DNA of 64,000 nucleotides from Octopus vulgaris (Eukaryota). Each line of letters starts with the position of its first letter. Position 1 is the first letter of the stretch. Below are positions 51,023-64,000 of this stretch, in pieces. A program made the translations under genes and the position numbers. The stretch lies in the NCBI GenBank assembly GCA_951406725.2, contig OX597834.1, forward strand, positions 30,814,001-30,878,000, given 5' to 3'. The notes under the pieces are model-generated. The model had not been told where the DNA came from and did no database searches. It was given only the letters and a program-made list of their open reading frames with translations.

Positions 51023-53384
51023 CAGACAGGCAGATAGAGAAATAGAATTGTTAGGTTGAAAAAAATCCAAGAATTAATATTCCTTACGTCGAACAGTTCC
51101 CTTGTCACGTAATCCTGTTTCTTGGTAGCCTTTGGGTTCTCTCCTCTATCTCAGAATTCCTCTCCTTTTCTCTCTCTCCCGCGCTTTTTCTCTCTCTCTC
51201 TCTCTCTCTCTCTTTATCTATCTTTTCCTTTCGCTGGGTTGGTATCTTCGCTGAAGCTGACAATATATGGAAACTACAGCATGAAAGCTCCGTGGCCGCG
51301 GTCCGTGTTTCGTCCCCGACACGGTCGTCACTGCAGGGGACATGTCACGAGTAAAGGGGACGTTTGTGTGTGTGTGTGTGTGTTGTGTGTGTTTGTATGT
51401 ATGTTTGTATGTAGCCTACGTACGTATGTATTCGAGTGTTTATGTAGCTATCTGTGTACGTACGTATGTGTATGTATGGGCAAATGTGTATATATGTATG
51501 AGTATATCTATATATATATATATGTGTGTGTTTGTGTGTGTGGGCAAGTGTGTATATATGTATGAGTATATCTATCTATATATATATATATGTGTGTTTG
51601 TGTGTGTGTGTGGGCAAGTGTGTATATATGTATGAGTATATCTATCTATATATATATGTGTGTGTTTGTGTGTGTGCAGTCTATATAGTTATATACACAC
51701 AACAACTAATTCGTACGTACACCCATGAGGAGCGATCGAGAGAAAGTGAGATGCGCTCGAAATATTAACGCGTTGCTGCTGCTGTTGCTGCTGTCGTGGT
51801 TGCTGCTGTTGTTTAACACCCCCAGGTCAACCCTCATCTGTGTACACCCATTATCAAAGCCAGTCCAGCCGTGTCCATCACGTTTTTTTTGTTTTTGTTT
51901 CAGTTGTGGTCTATGTAAGACTACATAATATAACGCGAACTGTTCTTACAGAAGGCGATAAGGTCGGGTGTGATTTTTTTTTGGAAAGGAGACTTAGCTA
52001 CTGTTTCTAGCAGTCGGAACGTCCATGTAGATGCTAGTGTTACTGCTTTTCTTGTGGTCGTTGTTCTTGCTGTGGTTGTTGAGGTTGTTGTTCTTGTTCT
52101 TCTTGTTCCTGTAGCGGTTGTTATTGTTGCTGTTGTTGCTGCAGTTGCTGCAGTCACTGCCACCGCTGGCTTCTGTTACTGTTGCTGATGATGATGATGA
52201 TGATGGTGGAGGTGGTGATGATGATGGCGGCGATGGTGGTGGTGGTGGTGGCGGAGAAGATGACGCTGCTGCTGCTGCTGCTGATAATGATGGTGATGAT
52301 GGTAATGTTGATGGTGATGGTGACACTGCTATTGCTGCTAGCGCTGCCGTTACCGCTACAGTTGTTGTTGTTGATGATGATGATGATGGTGGTGGTGGGG
52401 GTGGTGGTGGTGGGGAGGTTTATACTGCTACTGCAGTTTTTATTGTTGCTGCTGTTGTCCGACCCCAGGTGATCCTTGATTAAACAGAATTACGATTAAA
52501 GTAATTCCAACCTGTCTTTCTTTATTTGCAATTTTGGATACAGGACCACATTCATTACCCAATGTTTTTTCATTCATTTGTTTTTGTTTTAAAGATAGTA
52601 GAATGTGGTTCGAAGAAGATTTGGCTGATCTTTCTAGCAGGTATGGTGACCACGTTAAAGGTTCTCCTCCTCCCCCGTGTTATATTAGTGACGCTTTTCC
52701 CCGCCACAATAAAGTCCAGAAGGTTGTTGGAAGAGAGAAAGAGAGAGAGGGGGGGATAGAGAAAGAAGTGAAACAGAAAGTCAAGAAATGATAAAGGGGA
52801 GAAGAAGAGAAAGTGATAGAAAGGAAATGCTAAAGAAGAAAAAAGAAAGATGATAAAGAAGAACTGTAGAGGGACCTGAGAGTAAAGAGAGGAAAAGAAA
52901 GGAAGACAAACAGAGAGAAAGAGTGTGAAGCTCAAAGAGATAAAAAGAAAGAACGACAGAGAAAAAGAGACAGAAAGTGAGTGAGAGACAGAGAGAGAAA
53001 GACAGAAAGAGAAAAGAAGAATGACAAAGAAAGGGGGTATGAGGAACAGTCGGAGAGAGCGATTGGAAGTGTTGAAGGGAGAGATTATAAGATTTACACT
53101 GGAGGTGCAAATAAAGATAAGGAAGGCGATAGTAAGAAGTGATAATAGGGGAGTAGGGGGAAAAGGGAGAAGCATGAGGCGCAGGAGGAAGAGAGTAAGA
53201 GGAATGCAAGAGTAAGTGGAAGGGGAGGTGGAAGAGGGTGAGAGTATGTCGCTACAGTTTAATGACAGTAGAGTTGGTTTTATTGAGAGTTCGATCAGGC
53301 AGGTTGACAGACAGACATAGTGATAGAGGGATGGCTGGATAGATGGATGAGAATAGCTTGATAGATAGAGAGAGAGAGAGATAC

Positions 53385-53421
<37 letters not shown>

Positions 53422-53502
53422 GAGATACATACATGCATACATACATAGAGATAGATAGATAGATAGAGAAAGAGAGAGATAGATACATACATACATAGAG
53501 AG

Positions 53503-53629
<127 letters not shown>

Positions 53630-54429
53630 CAGACAGACAAAAAGATAGATAGACAGACAGATAGGTAAATAGATAGATAAAAAGATAGATGGAGGTAGTT
53701 ATGTAAGTTGACAGATAGCTATAGATACTACACACACAAACAAACCGCAAACACACACACACACACACACACACATAGATTCTCAGTGTGAAACTCTCGG
53801 TGGTTCAGTGCTTATCATAAGCACACACACACACGCACGCACACGCACACACTCACACACACACGCACGCACACATACACATTACGTCTCTAGAGCAATT
53901 AGGATGTACCATGTACTACTATCCCTGAGAGAGCTCAATACGTTTGTACTGTAAAGATTTATTATGAGAATTGGAAGAGCTGAGCGCCTTGCAATGATGA
54001 GGACCTGTGATGTCTTTTCGGCTGGGAAATCTCTGAATGCAATACACACACACACACACGTACATACATACATACATACATACATACATACATACATACA
54101 TACATACATACATACATACATACATACATACATACATACGTACGTACATATACATTGTATATATATATATAAATATATATACACATACACTCACGCATTT
54201 CCTTCATGCTTACAATTACGCACATACATATATACATATGCATATACATACATATGTGTGTGTTTATGTAACTACACGCATTTTTTATCTACTTATATAC
54301 ATACAAAAATTATATATATATATAAATAATTACATGGATATACTGATAGATTTATCTATCTAGCTGTATTCATCTCTCTCTCTCTCTCTCTCTTATATAT
54401 ATATATACCCAAATACCAGTGGTAGAGTA

Positions 54430-54578
54430 ATATGCTTTATTTAAAGCAGCAGAAAATTCAACAAAATCTGTTACTCTGAGTTTCTCGTTGCCGTTCATCA
54501 GACAGTTTGATGAACTGCAACGAGAAACTCAGAGTAACAGATTTTGTTGAATTTTCTGCTGTTTTAAATAAAGTATAT
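54430..54578. repeat. Fold-back palindrome of about 150 bp centred on paired hammerhead motifs
   Basis: ATATGCTTTATTTAAAGCAGCAG...TTCATCAGAC-A-GTTTGATGAA...CTGCTGTTTTAAATAAAGTATAT. Confidence 0.92.
54468..54505 (-). ncRNA. Minimal type I hammerhead motif
   Basis: CTGT-CTGATGA-A-CG-GCAA-CG-A-GAAA-CTC-A-GAG-TA^ACAG. The basal pair of stem II is mismatched. Mirror copy on the plus strand at 54507-54540. Confidence 0.65.
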
Positions 54579-54597
54579 ATATGTATATCTACACATA

Positions 54598-55200
<603 letters not shown>

Positions 55201-55285
55201 ATTTAGCAGGGTATTTTATTCTAAAAGTAGCCTTACCATTTCCCCCCTGAGCAGGTAACCCAATGGACACGGACACACACACACA

Positions 55286-55328
<43 letters not shown>

Positions 55329-55504
55329 CAGTTGTTCTAATGCAGGTAGTTTCTTCTTTCGCGGCGAACATGGACGAACCGCCGTCACATTGCTCCACAT
55401 GAGATACACTAACTAAAACACAACAGCGTTAGATCAATGTCACAAGGTTATATTCGTTGTTACTTGGCTTCATGTCCTGTCATTTTAGCATGCCTCCCAC
55501 ATCC

Positions 55505-55756
55505 CCCCCTCTCTCTCTCTCACTTTCACTTTCACTTTCTTATCCTCTCTCATCTTTAGCTTCTGTTTCTGTCTCTATCCCTTTCTCTCTCTCTCCCCCC
55601 TCTCTCTCTCTTTCACTTTCACTTTCTTATCCTCTCTCATCTTTAGCTTCTGTTTCTGTCTCTATCCGTTTCTCTCTCTCTCCCCCTCTCTCTCTCTTTC
55701 ACTTTCACTTTCTTATCCTCTCTCATCTTTAGCTTCTGTTTCTGTCTCTATCCCTT

Positions 55757-55760
<4 letters not shown>
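55505..55760. repeat. About 85-90 bp pyrimidine-rich unit in three tandem copies
   Basis: CACTTTCTTATCCTCTCTCATCTTTAGCTTCTGTTTCTGTCTCTATCC occurs three times. Confidence 0.85.
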
Positions 55761-55807
<47 letters not shown>

Positions 55808-57327
55808 GCTTCTCTCTTTCTCTATTTTATCATTCCTATTTTCTTTTATCATCGTCAACGGACTTTTCCCGCTAATTCTTCTTTCTTTTTATTATACATC
55901 TCCCCCCCTCACTCCATCTGGTTGCCCCTCTCTTCTCTATCTTACATACTCTCTCTCTGTTCCTCATACCCCTCTATCTTAGTCCTGTTCTCTCTCACTC
56001 TCACTCTCACTCGCTCTTTTTCCTCTCTCTCTCTCCTTCTGTCTCTCTGTTTCCCAATGTTTCGTTCTCTTTCCATCTATCTCTCTATCTCTCTCACTCT
56101 CCTCCTTTCACTGTCACTTATAATTTTTCTTTCCTCTCTCTCTACGCCCTCTCTAACACATTTTACTCTCTCGTCTTACTCTCTATCACTCTCTAATAAT
56201 TATCTCACCCTCTCTATCTTTCTTACTCTTTTACTCACATCTTCTCCCTCTCTACATCCCTCCACATCTTCGTCAATTTCTTCTTTTCCCATCGTGTCTT
56301 ATACTTCACGTCCTCACTTCATTTCACTCTCTCTTTATGCCTCTCTCTCTCTCTCTCTTCTCATCCCCACTGTTTTAATTTTTCCTCCTCTCTCACTACG
56401 ATGTCCTCTACTCTCTTCCCTCTTACTCTCATTCCTTCTTATTTCATACTCTCTCTCTCTCTCTCTCTCCATCTATCTTTCACTAATCACTTGTTAACCA
56501 CCTTTCTCCCACCTCCCTTTTGCACCGTCTTTCTCCCTGTCTATAACTTCGTTATTTCTGTCCTCTTTACTCCTACTCATAACTTAAAGCACACTATCTC
56601 TCCTCTCTCTCTCTCTCTCAATCCCGCCGTCACCGTCTTTAACAATCTCCTATCTCTTTCTTTCTCTCTCTCTCTCTCTCTGTCTTTCTCCATCCTACTC
56701 TATTACATTCAGCTGTATCTAACTCCCCCCTCTCTCTCTTTCTCTCGCTATCTGTCTTACATTCCTTTACTTACATCACCATTTCCATGTCCTTTCCTCC
56801 TCTTTTTCCTTTACATTTAACTTATATCTTTCTTCTTTACTTTCACTTTCACTTTCTTTATATTCTTCCCCTTTCTTCCTCACTTTATCAAAATCTCTGA
56901 CTTTCACGCACATCAGACCTTCCCTTCTCTCTTTCTGTCGTTCTCCCTCACGTTCTTTCATTCTCCCCTACTTGTTCCCTCACTACTTTTAACGCTCAAT
57001 TTTCTCTCTCGCTCTCTATCTCTGTCTCTCTCCTTCTCTCTTTCTCTATCCTTCTCTCTTCCTTTGATTCACAGCCTTTTGGCTTTCTCATCACCTCACC
57101 TCTTTCGCAGTCTTATTGTCTTTCTATCTTAATCCCCTTCTCTACCTCATTGTTCTTTATCTCTATTTCTATCTCCTTTCACTCTTTCTCTCTCTCTCTC
57201 TTTCTCCATCTGTCCTTTTTCTCTCTCTCTCCCTCCCTCTCTCTTACTCTAAATGCATCTATCTATCAGACTACCTATCATTTCTATCTACCAATATATA
57301 TCTGTCTATGCAATATCTACCTACCTC

Positions 57328-57470
<143 letters not shown>

Positions 57471-57664
57471 GTGTGTTTATTCATTATCTATCTATCTATC
57501 ACTACTTCAAACCTAATTTTCTTTGTCATATATTCTCCCCACTCCCTCTTTTTCTATCTCACTACTTTACACCCCTGTCTCTACTCAATGTATTTCACCC
57601 ACTAAATTCCTTTCACTTTTCCTCTTGATCCCCTTTTCTCTCATCTACTTCTTTCTCACTTATT

Positions 57665-57713
<49 letters not shown>

Positions 57714-57799
57714 CCTCTCTGTCTTTCTCCTCTCTCTGGTTTTAGTCTAAAAGAAGGGATTCTCGTGTCCTTCACAAGTTCTTCCCAAACTAGTGAAAT

Positions 57800-58015
57800 G
57801 GCAGCTGGCAGAAACGTTAGCACACCGGGCGAAATGCGTAGCCGTATTTCATCTGTCCTTACGTTCCGAGTTCAAGTTCCGCCGAGGTCGACTTTGCCTT
57901 TCATCCTTTCGGGGTCGATATATTAAGTACCAGTTACGCACTGGGGGGTCGATGTAATCGACTTAATCTCTTTGTCTGTCCTTGTTTGGCCCCTTGTGGG
58001 TAGTAAAGAAATAAA
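57800..58015 (+). mobile_element. SINE family A
   Basis: Matches 31646-31877. Confidence 0.85.
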
Positions 58016-58169
58016 TAATGTTTATGATAAATAGTTCTAAGACAAAGGCAGTAGGAAAATCATGGAAGTGCTCTGTGTGTGTGTGTGTGTAAGGGGGGGT
58101 TCATGCTGAGTTCCTTTTGAGTGTTGAGCCTCATGCAGGCAATGGCCAAGACCTTTGACATTATATATA

Positions 58170-58552
58170 TGGAGGCACTCCGTCGGTTACGACGACGAGG
58201 GTTCCGGTTGATCCGAATCAACGGAACAGCCTGCTCGTGAAATTAACGTGTAAGTGGCTGAGCACTCCACAGACATGCGTACCCTTAACGTAGTTCTCGG
58301 GGATATTCAGCGTGACACAGAGAGTGACAAGGCCGACCCTTTGAAATACAGGTACAACAGAAACAGGAAGAAAGAGCGAGAGAAAGTTGTGGTGAAAGAG
58401 TACAGCAGGGATCACCACCATGCCCTGCCGGAGACTTGTGGGACTTTAGGTGTTTTCGCTCAATAAACACTCACAACGCCCGGTCTGGGAATCGAAACCG
58501 CGATCCTATGACCACGAGTCCGCTGCCCTAACCACTGGGCCATTGCGCCTCC
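58170..58552 (-). mobile_element. tRNA-derived SINE family D, full length
   Basis: Head GGAGGCGCAATGGCCCAGTGGTTAGG...GGTTTCGATTCCC. The tail (plus strand ACTCCGTCGGTTACGACGACGAGGGTTCC) also occurs at about 2632. Confidence 0.8.
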
Positions 58553-58559
58553 ACCCTTT

Positions 58560-58820
58560 GACATTATGGCATGCTTGAGAAGAAGACCCATCAAGCCGAA
58601 CAAAATTGCAGTCATGACAGATACCAATGCCATGCAAGTGGTATGTAAAAGCACCCATTATACTCTTGGAGTAGTCGATATTAGGAAGGGCATCCAGCCA
58701 TAGAAAACCATGCCAAATCAGACTGGAGTCTGGTGCAGCAGCCTTCCAGCTTGCCAGCTCTGGTGCAACCATCCAACCCATGCCAGCATGGCCAATGGAC
58801 ATTGAATGATGATGATGATG
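58560..58820 (+). mobile_element. Retroposon family C, 3' end
   Basis: TTAGGAAGGGCATCCAGC...CCAACCCATGCCAGCATGG followed by (GAT)n. Confidence 0.75.
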
Positions 58821-58884
58821 AATCACCAACAAATCTTTACTTGGATTATGAAACTCAGAGTAACAGTGTATTATTACTAACAGA

Positions 58885-58943
<59 letters not shown>

Positions 58944-59052
58944 AATTCAGGGTGAATACTTGATAAGTGTAAGCACCTGTATATGCCAGCTAGTAGTAGA
59001 GGTGAGAGGGTATATGCATCAAATGAAATAAAAAACGGAACACAAAGGATGT

Positions 59053-59146
59053 CGCGGTACACGTGTTTCAAGCTTTATACAACAACCTATTCTTACATCA
59101 ATGTATAATCGACATAACAGATGGTTTAAAGCTCTCTTCAGCCGCA
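59053..59146 (-). ncRNA. Type I hammerhead ribozyme (core intact, long loop II)
   Basis: TGCGG-CTGAAGA-GAGCTTTA-(49 nt)-TAAAGCTT-GAAA-CACGTG-TA^CCGCG: 5-bp stem I, 8-bp stem II, palindromic stem III, GUA triplet. Confidence 0.8.
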
Positions 59147-60249
59147 TGCAATCGCTATATCAAAGACTTCCCTCACTTTATGAAAAAATCGAAAACGTAC
59201 ATTTTGTATTGTCTATAATGGTGGGTATATTGAGTTTCACTGAGAAAGTAAGTTTGTAAATCTTCATAATCAAATAGCTATGTAGGGTATCATTGGACTT
59301 CAAAAATCAGTCCATACTCTATCATCAGTCAACTCTATTCTTTCTGCACTGTTCCCTTTCTAACAATCATGCTTTCAGAACACCCTTCTCTGTTGCTTAT
59401 CATCATCATCATCATCATCATCACCACCACCATCATCATCGACGTCGTCGTCGTCGTCATCATCATCATCATCACCACTACCATCATCATCATTTTAACG
59501 TCCAGTTTTCTATGCTTCCATGGGTCAGACAGAATTTGTTGTGCCAGACTTTCTCCCTGTCGGGTGCCCTTCCTGTCGCCAATTCTCACCTGTTCCCAAG
59601 GAAGTTAATATTTCCTTGTTGTTTCACAGAAGATGGAAATGAACAATATTGCTTGTATAAAGGTGATTTTCTTGACAAAAAATCACAAAGACACACACAC
59701 ACACAAATACACACAAACACCCACACACACACACATACACAGACAAACACACACACACAAACACATACACACACAAACACACAAAACAAGCTTCTTTCGG
59801 CTTCTGTCTGCCAAATCCACTCACAAGGTATTGGTTGACCTAGGGCCATAGTAGAAGACACTTGCCCAAGGTGCTGTGTGGAGAGACTGAGGCCGAGACC
59901 AAATGGTTGGGTACCAAGCTTCTTAACCATGCAGCCACACCTGCATCTATGTGTCTAGGATTTCTTTCCTCAAAATATTCCATAGACTCTACAAAAAGAA
60001 CCAGGTCTTCATCTTGCAATTGGGTTTAAAACATGACTCTTATGGTCATGTGGACTATAATATATGGGAAAGGAATGAGAACTGAGCCCTTGGGAAGAAC
60101 CCCTACTTGCATTCCAAGTCTTTCACTAAACCCATTGCTAACCCTCACGTACTACATCTATGGTTAGTACTACGTCTCTCACTTGCCATTCTTCAACTAC
60201 TTTTCTTAGTGACCACCAAACTATAAATTGCAATACTCTGTCAAAGGCT

Positions 60250-60324
60250 AATGTGTGTGTGTGTGTGTGTGTGTGTATAGACACACAGACACATATATAT
60301 ATACATATGTATTTATACATATAA

Positions 60325-60366
<42 letters not shown>

Positions 60367-60692
60367 GCACACACACACATACATGTGTATATATATACAT
60401 ACTTACAAATATATATATATATACATACATATATATACATATATATATACACACACATACACACATACATATGCATATATATGTACATACGAATATTTAT
60501 ATATATATATATATGTATATACATATATACATATATATACACACATACATACATATGTATATATACATACTTACAAATATATATATATGCATACATACAT
60601 ATATACAGATATATACACACACACATACATAAGTATATATACATATTTACGAATATATATATATACACATACATATGTATATATACATACTT

Positions 60693-60735
<43 letters not shown>

Positions 60736-61189
60736 CTATACCAACTAACCACTTTTTTTCTGCATGTGAAACAATTTCAAAAGCGATACAAAACAATAAT
60801 AAAACAAACAAAAAAAGCAAGCAATTCAAAGAGGGTATAGTTTTGGTGGGGGTTGGCAGGGTGTGTGGAAGTATTGGAGAAAGGAATCCCAGAATGCCTT
60901 TTGGGGGAAGTGAGATCAAAGGAAGGTAACTTAGGCAAAGTCATATAATAGAGTTCTGAATATATTGATTTCTGGAGAAGAGTTTCAGAGGTTTTTGGAA
61001 GTGATGTTTTAGATATTAGATGATGAGAGAGAAGGAAAGAGAATGATTGAAGAGGGAGGGGGGAGAAGTAGAAGGAGGAGAAACGAGAGAGAGAAGAGAG
61101 AGAGGGAAGGAGGAAGGGTGGGAGAAGGAGAGGGAATGAGGTGGAAAAAGATTGAAATAAGCTTTGAAGTTATATATACATATACATAC

Positions 61190-61258
<69 letters not shown>

Positions 61259-61449
61259 GTATGTATATGTATATGTATATATATATATGATATATATACA
61301 CACATTGATTGATTGATTCTAGTTTCAGCTCATGAGCTGTGGCCATGCTGGGGCACCGATTGTATATATGATATATATATATACATACATTGTATGTATA
61401 ATACATATATATGTATATATATATGTATATACACATATACATATATACG

Positions 61450-61498
<49 letters not shown>

Positions 61499-61692
61499 AT
61501 GTATATATATAAATATATATATATATATGTATATATATACATACATGCACATGCATACATATATACATTTATATACATGTATATACACACATAGGTATAA
61601 ATATATGTGCGTGAGGGTGTGGAGGAATATATGTATATATATATATACATATATATACATGATTGCATGCATGCTTACATATGTATACATAT

Positions 61693-61728
<36 letters not shown>

Positions 61729-61730
61729 TT
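60250..61730. repeat. (TA)n/(CATA)n microsatellites with higher-order repeats
   Basis: Directly visible. ATACATACTTACAAAT recurs three times. Confidence 0.85.
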
Positions 61731-62400
61731 CCACTTTAGTGATCATAGTAATCCGCAATTAAAGATAAAACTGATTGGCAAAAATAGAATACTATATTTG
61801 TATATATCTGTATATATTTTCTCCTCAACTAGTCTCTCTCTCTCTCTCTCTCTTTCTCTTTCTCTTTCATTGCCTTACCCTCTTTCCTTACCAATACTGC
61901 CATTCTTCCCTGCTTCCCATCTTCACCCCTTTTTCCTCCCCTTCAATACCAACCCCTGTTATCTCCTGCTCCCCACCCCCAACACTTCCTTTCTTATTTC
62001 GTATATCTGTTTATGCTTCACTTAGAATAAATCTATAGATTTCAGCCAACATTTTGTGGGTTGCTCCTTCTCTCTCCTCCGGCAGTGACCGCCTCAATGT
62101 TCTGCTGGTTCAAGTGAATATATCAGTCCCTGCTAATGGCTATAAAGGCATATCAACTAATTACAATAATTAGTGAAACTTAGGTACCAGCTACCAGATC
62201 ATACTCATTTGCAAGAGATAGCTACCCCCGAAAACCCCTAATATCTCAACAACCACTTGTCCAATTTATGTGAAACTTGTTTTATTCTCTCCGTATTCAC
62301 ATTTCAGAGGAACATAAATTCATAGTAGCTTCCCATTATGTGCCAGTTTGGCTGTGTAACATTGCAAGCAAGCAAGCAAGATTGAACTTCACTTTTATTA

Positions 62401-62431
<31 letters not shown>

Positions 62432-62577
62432 CACAACAGGCTTCTTTCAGTTTCTGTCTACCAAATTCTCTCCCACAAGAGTAGAAGGTGGACAGTGGAA
62501 CTGAACCTGAGATTATCTGGTTGGGAAATAGAAAACAAACTTTTTGCTACACAGCCATGCCTGAATCTATCTAATCC

Positions 62578-62640
<63 letters not shown>

Positions 62641-62658
62641 AATCTATCAATCTATCAA

Positions 62659-62708
<50 letters not shown>

Positions 62709-63219
62709 TATGTATGTATGTATGTATGTATGTGTATATATACATATGTACACACACATATACATATACGTATATATGTACATGCATGTGTGCGTGTACA
62801 CATACACACAGCACACACACACACACACATACACTCATACATGCATATAGACACACACACACACACATACAGACACATACATATGTACATAGCCATCATT
62901 AATTAAGCTTTCATTATCTTAGACAAGGGGTTGGCAAATTTCTTATGTGATTGACCCACGTCATGGAATCGTTAAGAACTTATTAATCTCCATTGTGCAA
63001 ATTTCTAAAATAAAATTAAAAAAGTATAATTCATAAAAATATTTCTTGATTTGGAAACAATAATTCATTCGATCTTTTGTGTTATTTATGCTTTTTAATG
63101 AGAAATATTGAAAGAAATTTAATGAAAACACTTAACGAAATTAATTGAGAACAATTAAGAATTCAGTCACATAATATTGACATAATCAAAATATCAACCC
63201 CTCCCCACTTGCAAAGATC

Positions 63220-63590
63220 TGGTAGAGTTTCTACAGCTGGATGCCCTTCCTAACACCAACCACTCCGAGAGTGTAGTGGGTGCTTTTATGTGTCACCGGC
63301 ACGAGGGCCAGTCACGCAGTACTGGCAACAGCCACGCTCAAATGGTGTTTTTTACATGCCACCTGCACAGGAGTCAGTCCAGCGGCACTGGCAACAACCT
63401 TGCTCGAATGGTGCCTCTTACATGCTACCAGCACAAGTGCCAGTAAGGCGATGCTGGTAACAATCACACTTGAATGGTGCTTTTTACGTGCCACCAGCAC
63501 GGAAGCCAGTCAGCTGCTCTGGCAACGATCACGCTCGGATGGTGCTCTTAGTGCTCCACTAGCACGGATGCCAGTCATCAAATTTGATTT
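63220..63590 (-). mobile_element. Retroposon family C with tandem internal units
   Basis: GATGCCCTTCCTAAC...GGGTGCTTTT followed by 4-5 units of about 65 bp (TGCCACC.GCAC...CTGGCAAC...ATGGTG). Confidence 0.75.
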
Positions 63591-63599
63591 CGATTTCAA

Positions 63600-63638
<39 letters not shown>

Positions 63639-63712
63639 TTGAGGGAATATCATTCCAAACTTATGGGGAAAAATTCAATTTAGAAATACTAAATCAAATT
63701 TCATAAAATATA

Positions 63713-63938
63713 ATATATATATAAATTAGAAAAAAATCCACCTTTTATCAATTCTAAACGAAAAAATTAAATTACACCATCTAGAAAATTACATATATTT
63801 TGCACATTACTTAATCATCGGTATATTATTTTTTATCTTATATTTGATATTTCTATTATATGTAATTTTCTAGATGGTGTAATTTAATTTCTCATTTTGA
63901 ATTAATAAAAGGTGGTTTTTTCTAATTTATATATATAT
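63713..63938. repeat. AT-rich fold-back palindrome (about 83-bp arms, 60-bp spacer)
   Basis: AAATTAAATTACACCATCTAGAAAATTACATATA / TATATGTAATTTTCTAGATGGTGTAATTTAATTT and flanking arms. Confidence 0.85.
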
Positions 63939-64000
63939 ATATATATATATATTGACAAACTGCATGTGATGATAAAAGAGGCAGACCTCAGTATTACTGG

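Noticed and set aside
51295-51362. HDV-like or hammerhead reading of the CpG island
   Set aside because: Lacks a canonical L3/P1.1, G+1 pairing and CUGANGA; kept only as a pseudoknot candidate.
51880-51965. Strong plus-strand acceptor and short open frame (VVYVRLHNITR...)
   Set aside because: Lies within a dispersed repeat also seen at about 1200, 9900-10140 and 52460-52670.
53989-54042. C/D-box snoRNA-like ATGATGA...CTGA with TTGCA/TGCAA stem
   Set aside because: Only 54 nt, the stem register does not fit a K-turn, and no recognisable rRNA guide.
58480-58552. tRNA gene
   Set aside because: The tRNA-like region continues into a repeated SINE body, with no proper acceptor stem or terminator.
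63280-63590. CRISPR-like periodic repeats
   Set aside because: Degenerate tandem units inside a eukaryotic retroposon; no unique spacers or cas genes.

Overview
Repeat-saturated, AT-rich eukaryotic DNA. The SINE families and microsatellite density look like an octopus (coleoid cephalopod) genome; that assignment is an inference. Only one credible host protein-coding sequence is visible: a class A GPCR with an intronless CDS (7407-8672, minus) resembling the SREB (GPR85/27/173) group, with non-canonical motifs, a 5'-UTR splice acceptor and three uORFs. The rest is probably its 5'-UTR intron or upstream region. It holds tRNA-derived SINEs, LINE fragments (RTE, CR1, R4/Dong-like), Tc1/mariner (DD37D, DD34D), hAT and piggyBac MITEs, two non-autonomous Helitrons and microsatellites. 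Most ORFs in the track are microsatellite artefacts. The most striking unexplained signal is a set of about eight minimal type I hammerhead-ribozyme motifs (three with intact core boxes) from several sequence families. Three of them sit in 150-360 bp fold-back palindromes, two of which carry a motif in each arm, suggesting Penelope-derived or retrozyme-like non-coding elements. All coordinates were read by eye, and repeat boundaries are approximate.
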